DNA of 64,000 bases from an uncultured Candidatus Saccharibacteria bacterium (GTDB lineage Bacteria > Patescibacteriota > Minisyncoccia > Phycocordibacterales > UBA918), in NCBI GenBank assembly GCA_964425625.1, contig CAYRMI010000004.1, positions 5,444 through 69,443 on the forward strand, given 5' to 3'. Of this stretch, positions 51,743-60,695 are shown one piece after another. Position 1 is the stretch's first letter. Each line of letters starts with the position of its first letter. The position numbers and the translations under genes were made by a program. The notes below the pieces were generated by a model. The model was given only the letters and a program-made list of their open reading frames with translations. It made no database searches and was not told the DNA's origin.

Positions 51743-53140
51743 CTACGCTTTAGGTTTAATAGAGATACCTAGTTCAATCAGTTGCTCGGTAGTGACTTCA
51801 GACGGGGAGTCCATCAGTAAGTCTCTCCCCTCACCGGTTTTAGCAAAGGCGATGATTTCACGGATGTTAGGCTCGTTCTGGAGTAACATAATTAAGCGGT
51901 CAAAACCAAAAGCCAAGCCACCATGGGGTGGTGTGCCAGAAGCAAAAGCCTTTAGCATATGACCAAAGTTATTTTGAATTCGTTCGGCCTCGTAACCCAT
52001 TATTTCAAACACTTTTACTAGGGCTTCAGGGGTGTGATTTCGAATACCTCCGCCACCGATTTCGTAGCCGTTTAGAACCATGTCATACTGCGCCGCCACA
52101 ATGTCTTCAATATCTTTCTTTTCTAGTAAATGCTGATTGTACTCAGGTTTGGGGGCAGAAAAGGGATTGTGAGTAAAGGTCCAGCCTCCAGTCTCGGTCT
52201 TTTCAAAGAAAGGAAAATCAACTACCCAGCAGAAGGCTAGGAGGTTTGGATCAGTTTTATCCTCGCGCAAATCCGGCTTATCACAACCATACTTTTCCAT
52301 CGCTTCTTGATAAGACAGTCGAGGGAATGGCACTTGCTGAATTTTTTTCTCGGGATAAAGAGTCTTCACCAATTCCGTAATCATTCTTTCATTCATAGCC
52401 ATAACATCCTCTTGTTCAACGAAACTCATCTCGATATCAATCTGCGTAAATTCTGGTTGACGATCGCCACGCGTATCTTCATCTCTAAAGCAACGCGCGA
52501 TTTGAAAATACTTTTCAAAGCCAGCGGTCATGAGCAGTTGCTTATATTGTTGGGGTGACTGGGGCAAGGCATAGAATTTTCCTTGGTATAAGCGTGATGG
52601 CACAATATAGTCTCGTGATCCTTCTGGAGTAGATTTGGTCATGTTTGGGGTCTCTACCTCAGTAAATCCCTCATTGGAGTAGAAACTACGGACAAATTGA
52701 ATGGCTTTATGTCGATTGCGAATATTTCGTTGCATGCGTTCACGACGGAGGTCGATATAACGATAACGAAGACGTACTTCTTCATTAATTTCTTTGCCGT
52801 CGCCACTGATATCAAAAGGTGGCGTCTCAGCTTCATTGAGGACAGTTATTTCGAGTATTTCGAGTTCGATATCACCGTTTTGCTTGTTTGCCTGAATCGC
52901 TCGCTCCGGTCGCTCATTTACTTTAGCCTTTACAGCTACTACCCACTCGGGGCGTAGCTTGGAACCCACCTCGTGTGTCTCTACGGCATTGGGGAGGATT
53001 ACACCTTGAACCTTGCCGGTCATATCGCGAAAATCAAAAAAGATAAGCTTGCCTTGGTCGCGCCTGGTATCTACCCAGCCTTTGATCGTCACTTCATTTC
53101 CCACTTCACTTTTGAGTGCACTGATGAGAGTTCGAGTCAT
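51743..53140 (-). CDS. aspS: Aspartyl-tRNA synthetase (short form without GAD insertion; possibly non-discriminating)
   Basis: N-terminal OB fold (VTIKGWVDTRRDQGKLIFFDFRDMTGKVQ). Class II motifs FRDE (motif 2), GGGIRNH and GLAFGFDRLIM (motif 3). Start at MTRTLISAL (track ORF starts at upstream TTG 53170). Confidence 0.9.
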   Translation of the reverse strand: MTRTLISALKSEVGNEVTIKGWVDTRRDQGKLIFFDFRDMTGKVQGVILPNAVETHEVGSKLRPEWVVAVKAKVNERPERAIQANKQNGDIELEILEITVLNEAETPPFDISGDGKEINEEVRLRYRYIDLRRERMQRNIRNRHKAIQFVRSFYSNEGFTEVETPNMTKSTPEGSRDYIVPSRLYQGKFYALPQSPQQYKQLLMTAGFEKYFQIARCFRDEDTRGDRQPEFTQIDIEMSFVEQEDVMAMNERMITELVKTLYPEKKIQQVPFPRLSYQEAMEKYGCDKPDLREDKTDPNLLAFCWVVDFPFFEKTETGGWTFTHNPFSAPKPEYNQHLLEKKDIEDIVAAQYDMVLNGYEIGGGGIRNHTPEALVKVFEIMGYEAERIQNNFGHMLKAFASGTPPHGGLAFGFDRLIMLLQNEPNIREIIAFAKTGEGRDLLMDSPSEVTTEQLIELGISIKPKA

Positions 53141-53149
53141 ATTGTTTGT

Positions 53150-53405
53150 TTGGTTAAATCTGAGAAACAAAAATTGCCTCTACAGATTTTTCTTATTTCC
53201 CCCTAGGGGGAATATTTGATAAATCTGTAGGGGCGGTCTCGATAAGGAGTTATCCGCGGTGCCACCCTACTTCCCTACTCGTATGCGAGTGTGGGCTCTT
53301 TTTGGTGGCGTGTCGTGCCAGACGGAGGTATTTACTGAGCCAATTATAGATAATATGACCGTTCCCACCTCACCTCAGCAGTAGTCAGCTGCGTCAGCGG
53401 TATGG
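53150..53405 (-). ncRNA. T-box riboswitch leader upstream of aspS
   Basis: Minus-strand AGUAGGGUGGCACCGCGG (+ strand 53254-53271) matches the T-box sequence AAUUAGGGUGGNACCGCG. The antiterminator has GUAGGG/CCCUAC and GCGG/CCGC helices flanking the 7-nt bulge UGGCACC. A competing terminator GCCCCUACAGAUUU ... AAAUCUGUAGAGGC is followed by AAUUUUUGUUU, ending about 20 nt before the aspS ATG. Bulge UGGC predicts pairing with a G73 discriminator, consistent with tRNA-Asp. Confidence 0.8.
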
Positions 53406-53407
53406 AG

Positions 53408-53440
53408 TTGATTATACAATTATTAACTGAAAAATCAAAC
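53408..53440 (-). promoter_or_regulatory. Sigma-70-like promoter for the T-box/aspS transcript
   Basis: Minus strand: TTGATT-16 nt-TATAAT (+ strand AATCAA at 53433-53438, ATTATA at 53411-53416). Confidence 0.5.
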
Positions 53441-53478
53441 CAAACACAGTCTAGTTTTTGCTTGATAAGCTTGCTTTA

Positions 53479-54063
53479 TTATACTGATCGTTTTAATCTC
53501 TTCACCTCCTTATAACGAAAGCAATCAGTAGTGTGGTCGTTGACTAGGCCAACCGCTTGCATGTGGGCGTACCAGATGGTGGGGCCGAGGAACTTGAAGC
53601 CACGCTTCTTGAGATCTTTGGCCATAGCTGTCGCTAGTGATGTGACGGCAGGTAGGTCTTTGAGGGTAAGACGCTTCTCTACAATTGGCTTGTTCTCTAC
53701 CCATGCCCACATGTAATTACTAAAACTACCGAATTCTTTTTGAATTTTTAAAAAAGCTTGGGCATTGGTGATAGTCGACGATATCTTAAGTTGGTTGCGG
53801 ACGATACTGGGGTCAACTAGTAATTTTGATTCTTCAGCCGTAGTCATTTTTGCTACCTTCTTGGGGTCAAAGTTTTTAAAAGCTTTACGGTAGCCTTCGC
53901 GTTTATTCAAAATGGTCTGCCACGAGAGCCCAGCTTGAGCACTTTCTAAGACGATAAACTCAAAGAGCTTTTGGTCGTCATAGACTGGGACAGACCATTC
54001 CTTATCGTGATAGCGCTCGTATAATTCACCTTTTCCTTCAGCCCAGGCACAACGCTTTTTCAT
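53479..54063 (-). CDS. tag: DNA-3-methyladenine glycosylase I
   Basis: CAWAEGKGELYERYHDKEWSVPVYDDQKLFEFIVLESAQAGLSWQTILNKRE matches the Tag consensus CxW ... YHDxEWGxPxxDDxxLFExLxLExxQAGLSW. Confidence 0.8.
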   Translation of the reverse strand: MKKRCAWAEGKGELYERYHDKEWSVPVYDDQKLFEFIVLESAQAGLSWQTILNKREGYRKAFKNFDPKKVAKMTTAEESKLLVDPSIVRNQLKISSTITNAQAFLKIQKEFGSFSNYMWAWVENKPIVEKRLTLKDLPAVTSLATAMAKDLKKRGFKFLGPTIWYAHMQAVGLVNDHTTDCFRYKEVKRLKRSV

Positions 54064-54539
54064 AGTGTATTAGAACCGAATAACACATACATTACCTTGT
54101 CTGATAGCTCTCGATATTCATCTAAGGTTACTTGCTCTTGATTTAACAACCTTTGTATTTCATTAGTAAGATGTGCTCCAGTGTAGTTTCCCATCATTGA
54201 TAATCGATAGGCTCGGTTTAGCTGTCGCAGGTTTGCTTTTAGGAATATTGATGCGTCTGATTCAGTTATGAGTTCATTATTTTTAGCTAATTCGATTGAG
54301 CGACTATTGTCCAAAGGGTTTGGATTGGGGAAAGACTCTTGTAGCCATACTTCGTATGCTTTGTCGGGGTCAACTTTGCCGCTCTTTACTAATTGGTCAA
54401 ATATAAACCGCTTTATTTCTTCGGCCACTGCTTGTAAATCAGTATTATCTTGCGCGTCTATCCCAGCAAAGAGTTCACGGAATTTGGCCAGTAGTCTGGC
54501 TGATGGGCTCTCGGTGTTGGTGGTCAGGGCTTCGCTCAT
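54060..54539 (-). CDS. Hypothetical protein
   Basis: 159-aa ORF overlapping the tag start by 4 nt. No recognised motifs. Confidence 0.35.
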   Translation of the reverse strand: MSEALTTNTESPSARLLAKFRELFAGIDAQDNTDLQAVAEEIKRFIFDQLVKSGKVDPDKAYEVWLQESFPNPNPLDNSRSIELAKNNELITESDASIFLKANLRQLNRAYRLSMMGNYTGAHLTNEIQRLLNQEQVTLDEYRELSDKVMYVLFGSNTL

Positions 54540-54543
54540 AAAT

Positions 54544-55482
54544 TTAGATAGTTAAACCAATTAGACGGCGAACTTCAGCCATCTTGGCGCTGGCAATGGC
54601 ACGGGCTCTAGCTGTTCCTTCCTCGAGAATAGCTTTGACGTCACTGTCTGTTATATTACTGCGAATATCGCGCATTGGGGAGATAAATGTATCTAAATCT
54701 TCAATCAAAGCATCTTTAAGGTTTTTGTATTTACCTTTGTTTTCTTCGTAGAGGGCTGTTAGTTCAGACTCGCCCTTGAGGAGTTTGTGGATAGCGTAGA
54801 CGTTTTCCGGTCTTTCGCCACTAGAATCAGTAACGATACTCATTACGGCTTTTTGTATCTCCTCACGACTACCAAATAGTGGAATGGTGTTTTTGTAACT
54901 CTTGCTCATCTTTTGTCCGTCGGTACCGGGCACAATTCCGACACCTTTTAAAATCATCTCTTGTGGTGGGGTAAAAGTTTCCCCGTAGGCATTATTGAAT
55001 TTGGTGACGGCTTCACGAGCATACTCAATATGTTGGCGTTGGTCTTCACCTACGGGTACCACCTCAGCGTCATAAAGCAGAATGTCTGAGGCCATAAGCA
55101 TGGGATAGTTGAACAGACCAGCCGTGGCTTCGATGCCCTTGGCGACTTTATCTTTGTAGGCGTGGGCCTGCATAAGAAACGGTACAGTGACCAGGCATTC
55201 AAATATCCAGGCTAGTTCAGTATGCTCTGGCACATCTGACTGTTTGAAGATGGTGGCTTGTTTTGGGTCCACTCCAACTGCGAGATAGTCCTTTACTACA
55301 TCGATGATGTTTTGTCGTAAGCCAGCGGCATCGCGCACGCTAGTGAGAGCATGAAGATCGGCTACCATCAAGTGACTTTCATAGTCTTGGTAAATATCAG
55401 CAAAGGGTTTTAGGGCTCCAAAGTAATTACCAATATGCAAATTTCCGGAAGACTGTAATCCAGTTAATAGTCTTTTTTTCAT
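54544..55482 (-). CDS. trpS: Tryptophanyl-tRNA synthetase
   Basis: LTGLQSSGNLHIGNYFGAL (HIGH-class motif) and KMSKS motif. Confidence 0.9.
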   Translation of the reverse strand: MKKRLLTGLQSSGNLHIGNYFGALKPFADIYQDYESHLMVADLHALTSVRDAAGLRQNIIDVVKDYLAVGVDPKQATIFKQSDVPEHTELAWIFECLVTVPFLMQAHAYKDKVAKGIEATAGLFNYPMLMASDILLYDAEVVPVGEDQRQHIEYAREAVTKFNNAYGETFTPPQEMILKGVGIVPGTDGQKMSKSYKNTIPLFGSREEIQKAVMSIVTDSSGERPENVYAIHKLLKGESELTALYEENKGKYKNLKDALIEDLDTFISPMRDIRSNITDSDVKAILEEGTARARAIASAKMAEVRRLIGLTI

Positions 55483-55520
55483 AAGGTCATACTACCAGAA
55501 AAGTGGTTTTGAAGAAACGG

Positions 55521-57200
55521 CTACATTTGGAGTGGCAGTTCAAAGGTAAACCGAGAACCTTTACCTTCTCCTTCGGAGTGAGCGGTGATGTTTCCGCCCA
55601 TGGCCTCGGCCATTTTTAGTGCTACATAGAGTCCAAGTCCGGTTCCCTTTACGTTTACCGTGTTGGCTTTGTTGCCTCGTTCAAATTTTTGGAAAATGCT
55701 GTCTAGCGTTTCTTGGTCCATACCGATACCAGTATCGACAATATCGACATAAATTCTTTTTGCTTTTATATCATCTCGCACGACCACGTTTAGAGTTCCT
55801 TTCGGAGTATATTTAAGTGAATTATTGATGAGGTTATGAAGAATTTGCTGGACCTTACCCAAGTCGGCGTTTACTATCCCTTTACCGGTGAGGCTAGTAC
55901 GGAAGAGTAATACGAGTCCTTTACGGAGAGCTTCAGCTCGTATATCGTCGCAGATTAACTCTGTTTCGTTGCGTAAGTTGAAGTCCGTCAGATGGTATTT
56001 CATATTACCAGACTCTATACGTGAGACGTTGAGATAGTCTTCGATTGACTCCGCCATGAAGCGAGCTGAGTGCTCGATACGGTCTAGTGGTTCAACCATT
56101 TTACTTGGTACAACACCATAATTCCCTTCTCGGAGCATAGAGGCATAACCAGCAATCGAGGTAAGAGGACTACGGAGTTGATGTGAGGCAATCGAAACAA
56201 ATTCTGACTTCTGCTTGTCTAATTGCTTAAGTCGATTATTTGCGTGTTCAAGTCTGGTGGCTAGTCTTTCGATTTCTTCACGTTGTTTAATTTCGGCTTT
56301 AATACTACGTACCAATAAAAATCCTAATACTGAAAAAAGGATAAGGGTGGTAATAGCAATTAGATGAGCGTTGTCTATGGTGCGAACAAATAGAATAGAT
56401 AAGAGGAGTACAAAAGAACCAGAGAACAATGCTTCAGCAGCAAAGATTTTTGCCCGAAAAGCTTCATAGCGAACTACAACATAACTGACAAAGATCATTA
56501 GCATGGGCATACCAAAAAGACCGATTTGACCAATTTCCCAATCAGACTCAATGCTACCGACAATATTTCCAATGGAAAAGAGAAACAAGAAGAGCAGAAT
56601 TCCAGTAGAAATAATTAATATCTCTTGCCTTTTTTCTTTTCTCTTTTCAGAAATTAAATATTTTGCAACGTATACAAAAATCCATAAAGCAACTAAAATT
56701 TCAACATAGTATATGTAATTTTGCCATAGGGGACCTTCGATAGCTTCTCGCCAGCAATTAGTTAAATCAAAACCCAAAAGATTAAGCGATGTATGGCCAA
56801 ACAGAAATAGTGGAATGAAAAATGAAAAAATCAGTAGTTCCTTTCTAAAAGACGGAAACTTTCCTGAAATATAGGCATAAATAAAATACAAACTACCAAT
56901 GTAAACAAAGAGTTCAAAGTACGCCATTGCACTCCAAGTAAACATTATTAAGCTAATGCTATCAGAAGCCCAAAGAAAAAGATCCATCATTGTCCAGATG
57001 GTAAAGCTTAAGCCTATAAAGAGTAAGGCTTGGGCTGCCTTATTTTGCTTGGCATTTAGAAAAAGGAAAAGTGATATAAGGATTGATGATAAAGCTGGCA
57101 GGAGGTGAGAGTAATAAATAAAGTCACCCCAAATATTTTCCGAGAAGAATAGGAATGATGTTTCACTCCAGGCACAGATAGCGATATCTTGAAAGGGCAT
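55521..57200 (-). CDS. Membrane sensor histidine kinase (orphan; no response regulator in window)
   Basis: About 7 TM helices, then HisKA H-box VSIASHQLRSPLTSIAGYASMLREG and HATPase N/G boxes (LINNSLKYT, DTGIGMD, GTGLGLY). Confidence 0.8.
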   Translation of the reverse strand: MPFQDIAICAWSETSFLFFSENIWGDFIYYSHLLPALSSILISLFLFLNAKQNKAAQALLFIGLSFTIWTMMDLFLWASDSISLIMFTWSAMAYFELFVYIGSLYFIYAYISGKFPSFRKELLIFSFFIPLFLFGHTSLNLLGFDLTNCWREAIEGPLWQNYIYYVEILVALWIFVYVAKYLISEKRKEKRQEILIISTGILLFLFLFSIGNIVGSIESDWEIGQIGLFGMPMLMIFVSYVVVRYEAFRAKIFAAEALFSGSFVLLLSILFVRTIDNAHLIAITTLILFSVLGFLLVRSIKAEIKQREEIERLATRLEHANNRLKQLDKQKSEFVSIASHQLRSPLTSIAGYASMLREGNYGVVPSKMVEPLDRIEHSARFMAESIEDYLNVSRIESGNMKYHLTDFNLRNETELICDDIRAEALRKGLVLLFRTSLTGKGIVNADLGKVQQILHNLINNSLKYTPKGTLNVVVRDDIKAKRIYVDIVDTGIGMDQETLDSIFQKFERGNKANTVNVKGTGLGLYVALKMAEAMGGNITAHSEGEGKGSRFTFELPLQM

Positions 57201-57209
57201 AATTAAATA

Positions 57210-57374
57210 TTATTCCTCTAATTCTTCTTCCGCAAAGTAGTCGCTTGTATCGGGACCTTCTGGATTAGTAAAAACATTAAAGTCTTCTAATACTACTACT
57301 GTGTAGTAAATGATAAAAATCCCTATTATTATCATTGTAGAGAAAATAATTCTGACTACGGTTTGCTTACTCAT
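57210..57374 (-). CDS. Possible 54-aa small membrane protein upstream of the histidine kinase gene
   Basis: MSKQTVVRIIFSTMIIIGIFIIYYTVVVLEDFNVFTNPEGPDTSDYFAEEELEE: one TM helix plus acidic tail. 10-nt gap to the kinase start. Below the ORF-track size cut-off. Confidence 0.25.
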   Translation of the reverse strand: MSKQTVVRIIFSTMIIIGIFIIYYTVVVLEDFNVFTNPEGPDTSDYFAEEELEE

Positions 57375-57415
57375 AGATTTAAGGTGCACAATTAGTATAC
57401 CTTAAACAAAATGTT

Positions 57416-57916
57416 TTATTTGTGTGAGGTGTGATTTCTTTTCGCTTCGACATTATAAATTTTTTGAAAAGGTGGAGTGATTAGAGGTTTAGCCTTTTGG
57501 AATTGTTCTTGTGTAAGTGAAAATATTGGGCCGATTTCGTGACGGCAGTTTTTGCTTTTACATCGACATCCACCGGGGACAAGGTAATCTGGATCGGCCT
57601 CGGTTAAAGAATAATCCATGGTAATTTCACTACCAGCTTCAATATTCTTTAAGGCCACAACAATTCGCTTACCTATTATGTAAGCGTTCGGCTCGCAGGA
57701 ATGATTTATAAAGCGAAAGGGTGATTCATTTGTGTTGATCCAAGAATATCGTCCAATACCAATCCAGTTAAGGCTATTTTTAATTAACTTTCCAGTAAAC
57801 TTATGGACTATTTCTACTGGACCATGGATAACACCAATTCTTTTACCTTTTATAATTTTGCTATCAGTGTGTAAACCGCTTCCAATAATTTGGCTTTTTT
57901 TAATATATAGTGACAC
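57416..57916 (-). CDS. SET domain protein (putative protein-lysine methyltransferase) with post-SET Cys cluster
   Basis: GSGLHT (GxG motif), RFINHSCEPNAYI (NHSCxPN), EITMDYS (ELxFDY-type) and CRCKSKNCRH (post-SET). Confidence 0.7.
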   Translation of the reverse strand: MSLYIKKSQIIGSGLHTDSKIIKGKRIGVIHGPVEIVHKFTGKLIKNSLNWIGIGRYSWINTNESPFRFINHSCEPNAYIIGKRIVVALKNIEAGSEITMDYSLTEADPDYLVPGGCRCKSKNCRHEIGPIFSLTQEQFQKAKPLITPPFQKIYNVEAKRNHTSHK

Positions 57917-57978
57917 AATGTCTAATACTTTAAATTACCTTATGATTAAAGTAAACGATTAAGTTGTTAACTGGCTAG

Positions 57979-58641
57979 TTATCGACGTGCTGCCAGTACA
58001 CCTACCAAGGCGTGCAGAAAGGCATTGGAAATTGGATAAAACATTAATATATGCCAGAAATCACCTTGCGTTGAGTAGGTAACCAGTCCAAGTGTTAGGT
58101 AAGCTAAAGACCAGATAAACCAGGGAAGAGCTGCTTCACGCTCAGGGTTTTGGAAGGTGGTTTTTAGGATTGGGTAAAATGATGGGAATGTAGACAAATT
58201 TGACAAGAATAAGAACATAAACACTGCCAACTCCTTATGATTAGTGCTTATAAAAGCAGACACGGCAAGCGCCCAGGCAAATATGTAGGCAATGGTAATA
58301 ATGATGTCACTAGTAAATGACCAACGTTCCCATTTTTCCTCTGGCCACCAATCCCTTGGCCACCATTGGCTAGGGTTTCCTTTTCTTACTTTTATCCAAC
58401 AAATGGCTGAAACATAAATCGCTAGAACCGAACATACCAAAGGTAAAATTAGTTCAGCAAAAGTAGCATCTTTGTCCCATTCGAGGATAGTTAGTAGAGC
58501 TGTTCCATAAGCAAACATGAACCAAGTAACGGGGTTGGGGTCTATGTCTTCGTCAAAAATGTAAAATATATAGCCGAGAAGTTGTAATCCTCCGGCAATT
58601 AGACCGAAGATCAGTAAATTGTTAGTAATGATTTCAATCAT
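57979..58641 (-). CDS. Hypothetical integral membrane protein (Trp-rich)
   Basis: 220-aa ORF with 6 or more hydrophobic helices. No recognised motif. Confidence 0.4.
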   Translation of the reverse strand: MIEIITNNLLIFGLIAGGLQLLGYIFYIFDEDIDPNPVTWFMFAYGTALLTILEWDKDATFAELILPLVCSVLAIYVSAICWIKVRKGNPSQWWPRDWWPEEKWERWSFTSDIIITIAYIFAWALAVSAFISTNHKELAVFMFLFLSNLSTFPSFYPILKTTFQNPEREAALPWFIWSLAYLTLGLVTYSTQGDFWHILMFYPISNAFLHALVGVLAARR

Positions 58642-58668
58642 TTAAAAATACTAACATAATAAATAAAG

Positions 58669-59151
58669 TCAGTTCATTGCCAATAGGCATAGTGGTGCTA
58701 GGAGCCACCAGAAAGTTAGCGCCGGTCTAGTAAATAGATCTAACACTTCAATTGGAGTTGATAGTATAAAACTAGCCGGTAAGATAGAAAAGCTTACTAT
58801 CAAGACTAGAATTGTAAGAGCTGTCGCCAATAATATTTTTTTTGGAAAAGATTCAAGTTTATTTTCCCGATACTCTGCTGGCGATATTCTTTTGGCTAAA
58901 AAAAATCCCCCAACAGTAAAAGTGATAAATATCAATACAGAAGGCAGATCAGAAAACTCTGAGGCAATTTTAGCTGTTATTGAATCAAGATAAGGAAAGA
59001 ACAAAAATAGTGCTATCGCCAGGTATATTCCTAGTATCAAATTTATAACACTTTGCCTGCCAATCAATATGGCCCAGGTTAATGAAATAAAAAATGTAGA
59101 AAGTATAAATGAAAATTCTATTAGATAGGTAACAATTAAATTTGTGTCCAT
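58669..59151 (-). CDS. Hypothetical integral membrane protein
   Basis: 160-aa ORF with 5 hydrophobic helices. Confidence 0.4.
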   Translation of the reverse strand: MDTNLIVTYLIEFSFILSTFFISLTWAILIGRQSVINLILGIYLAIALFLFFPYLDSITAKIASEFSDLPSVLIFITFTVGGFFLAKRISPAEYRENKLESFPKKILLATALTILVLIVSFSILPASFILSTPIEVLDLFTRPALTFWWLLAPLCLLAMN

Positions 59152-59196
59152 TTAGATATTATAAATTAATCAGTGCTTTATGTAGACTTATATATG

Positions 59197-60615
59197 TTAT
59201 GAACTAGTGCGAAAGTTGGAAAATTGCCAGGGATCTTCGTCTGCTATTTGAGGAGGTTTCCAGTCGGTGTAATGGTGAGAGATTGTTCCTAGATATGGTG
59301 TTTGTGTTTCAAGGCATTCTTCGTGATTAACTTCGTCGGTTTCAATTAATCCTTCGTTAGGATGTTCTAGTATATAGAATAAACCAGCTAATATGGCAGA
59401 GGAAACCTGCAAACCTGTCGCATTTTGGTGTGGAGCGAGTGATCGTGTTTCGTCTATAGTAAGGGTCGAACCATACCATAGAGCTCCCTTTTCGTGACCA
59501 TATAGCAAAACTCCAAGTTGATCTTGGCCTGCTATAATTTCACTTTCATCTAATAAAGAGATTTTATCTTGAAGTTCGCAATTTCTTTCCAAGAATAATT
59601 CTCTGACTGACTCGACGGTTGCATCGCTAGGATGATAGGCATAACAACAAGTCGGACGATATAATACTTCATCTCCAGAAGAGACTGTATAATAGTCGGC
59701 AATAGAAATTGCTTCGTTGTGAGTAATTAGTAAACCTATATGTTCACCTTGATCTGGAGTCCAAGTTCTTACCTGGACCATTCCTCCTGATGTCGTCAAA
59801 TAAATTGAAGGACTATCTGAAGTTTGATGTTTGTGTGCATCATAAGGCAGAATCTTCTCATGCGTTCCCCAACCCAGCTCAGCTGGTTGTAGTCCTTCAG
59901 CTACAAAACCTTCGATCGACCAGGTGTTAATAAATTCATTTGTTTGCTTTGGCATTGCGCGACGTTGAGTATCCCGTTCTGCAATGTGTATGCCTTTTAC
60001 ACCGAGCGTTTGCATAAGTCTAGCCCAACCATCTTTATTATTTGGTTTTTCTACTGGGTAATTTAAATCTGTTGCTAGTTGTATTAAAGCAGCTTTTACA
60101 AACCAAGAAACCATTCCTGGATTTGCGCCACAACACGATATTGCTGTCGGGGTTTTCGATAAAATCGGCTTTAAGTCGTGTAGTGATTTGCGAAGTGCAA
60201 AATTTGATTTGCTGGCATGATCTAAACCGTCATTAAAGTAAAAGCCTGGCCATGGTTCTACTACGGTGTCTATGTAGTGGGTATTATTTGTCGCTGCAAA
60301 CGCAATCAAGTCTTTGGAACAGACTTCATTAGCGACGTTTATAATGCATCCCCGAGGCTTACCGTTACCTATGTATTTTCCTAGGATTAATTGATGATTT
60401 TCTTTCGTAAGAGTTAAGGTAATAAATTTTACGCCATATTTCTCAGCGATGTGGCGATTCTTTTCATCAGGACAAATAATCGTAATTTGTTTGTTGTCCT
60501 GTAAATTTATATGCTTGTAAAGCAGTGGAAGAACCGCTTTACCAATTGAGCCAAAACCCACAATAATAATTTGCCCGTTAAAATTCTTTTTATTCAAAGG
60601 GTATGCTTGGACCAT
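59197..60615 (-). CDS. hss: Homospermidine synthase (bacterial HSS, saccharopine-dehydrogenase fold)
   Basis: IIIVGFGSIGKAVLPLL (NAD Rossmann), YIDTVVEPWPGFYF and AISCCGANPGMVSWFVKAAL match bacterial HSS blocks (VMIGFGSIGRGTLPLI, YIDTVVEPWLGFYF, CCGANPGMVSWFVKQAL). Confidence 0.75.
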   Translation of the reverse strand: MVQAYPLNKKNFNGQIIIVGFGSIGKAVLPLLYKHINLQDNKQITIICPDEKNRHIAEKYGVKFITLTLTKENHQLILGKYIGNGKPRGCIINVANEVCSKDLIAFAATNNTHYIDTVVEPWPGFYFNDGLDHASKSNFALRKSLHDLKPILSKTPTAISCCGANPGMVSWFVKAALIQLATDLNYPVEKPNNKDGWARLMQTLGVKGIHIAERDTQRRAMPKQTNEFINTWSIEGFVAEGLQPAELGWGTHEKILPYDAHKHQTSDSPSIYLTTSGGMVQVRTWTPDQGEHIGLLITHNEAISIADYYTVSSGDEVLYRPTCCYAYHPSDATVESVRELFLERNCELQDKISLLDESEIIAGQDQLGVLLYGHEKGALWYGSTLTIDETRSLAPHQNATGLQVSSAILAGLFYILEHPNEGLIETDEVNHEECLETQTPYLGTISHHYTDWKPPQIADEDPWQFSNFRTSS

Positions 60616-60695
60616 TTTTTAGTTTAGCTAACAGAGCAATTTTTTAATAAATAATAAAACACCCAGAATTGTATAATTCTAACATAGTAGTATTT

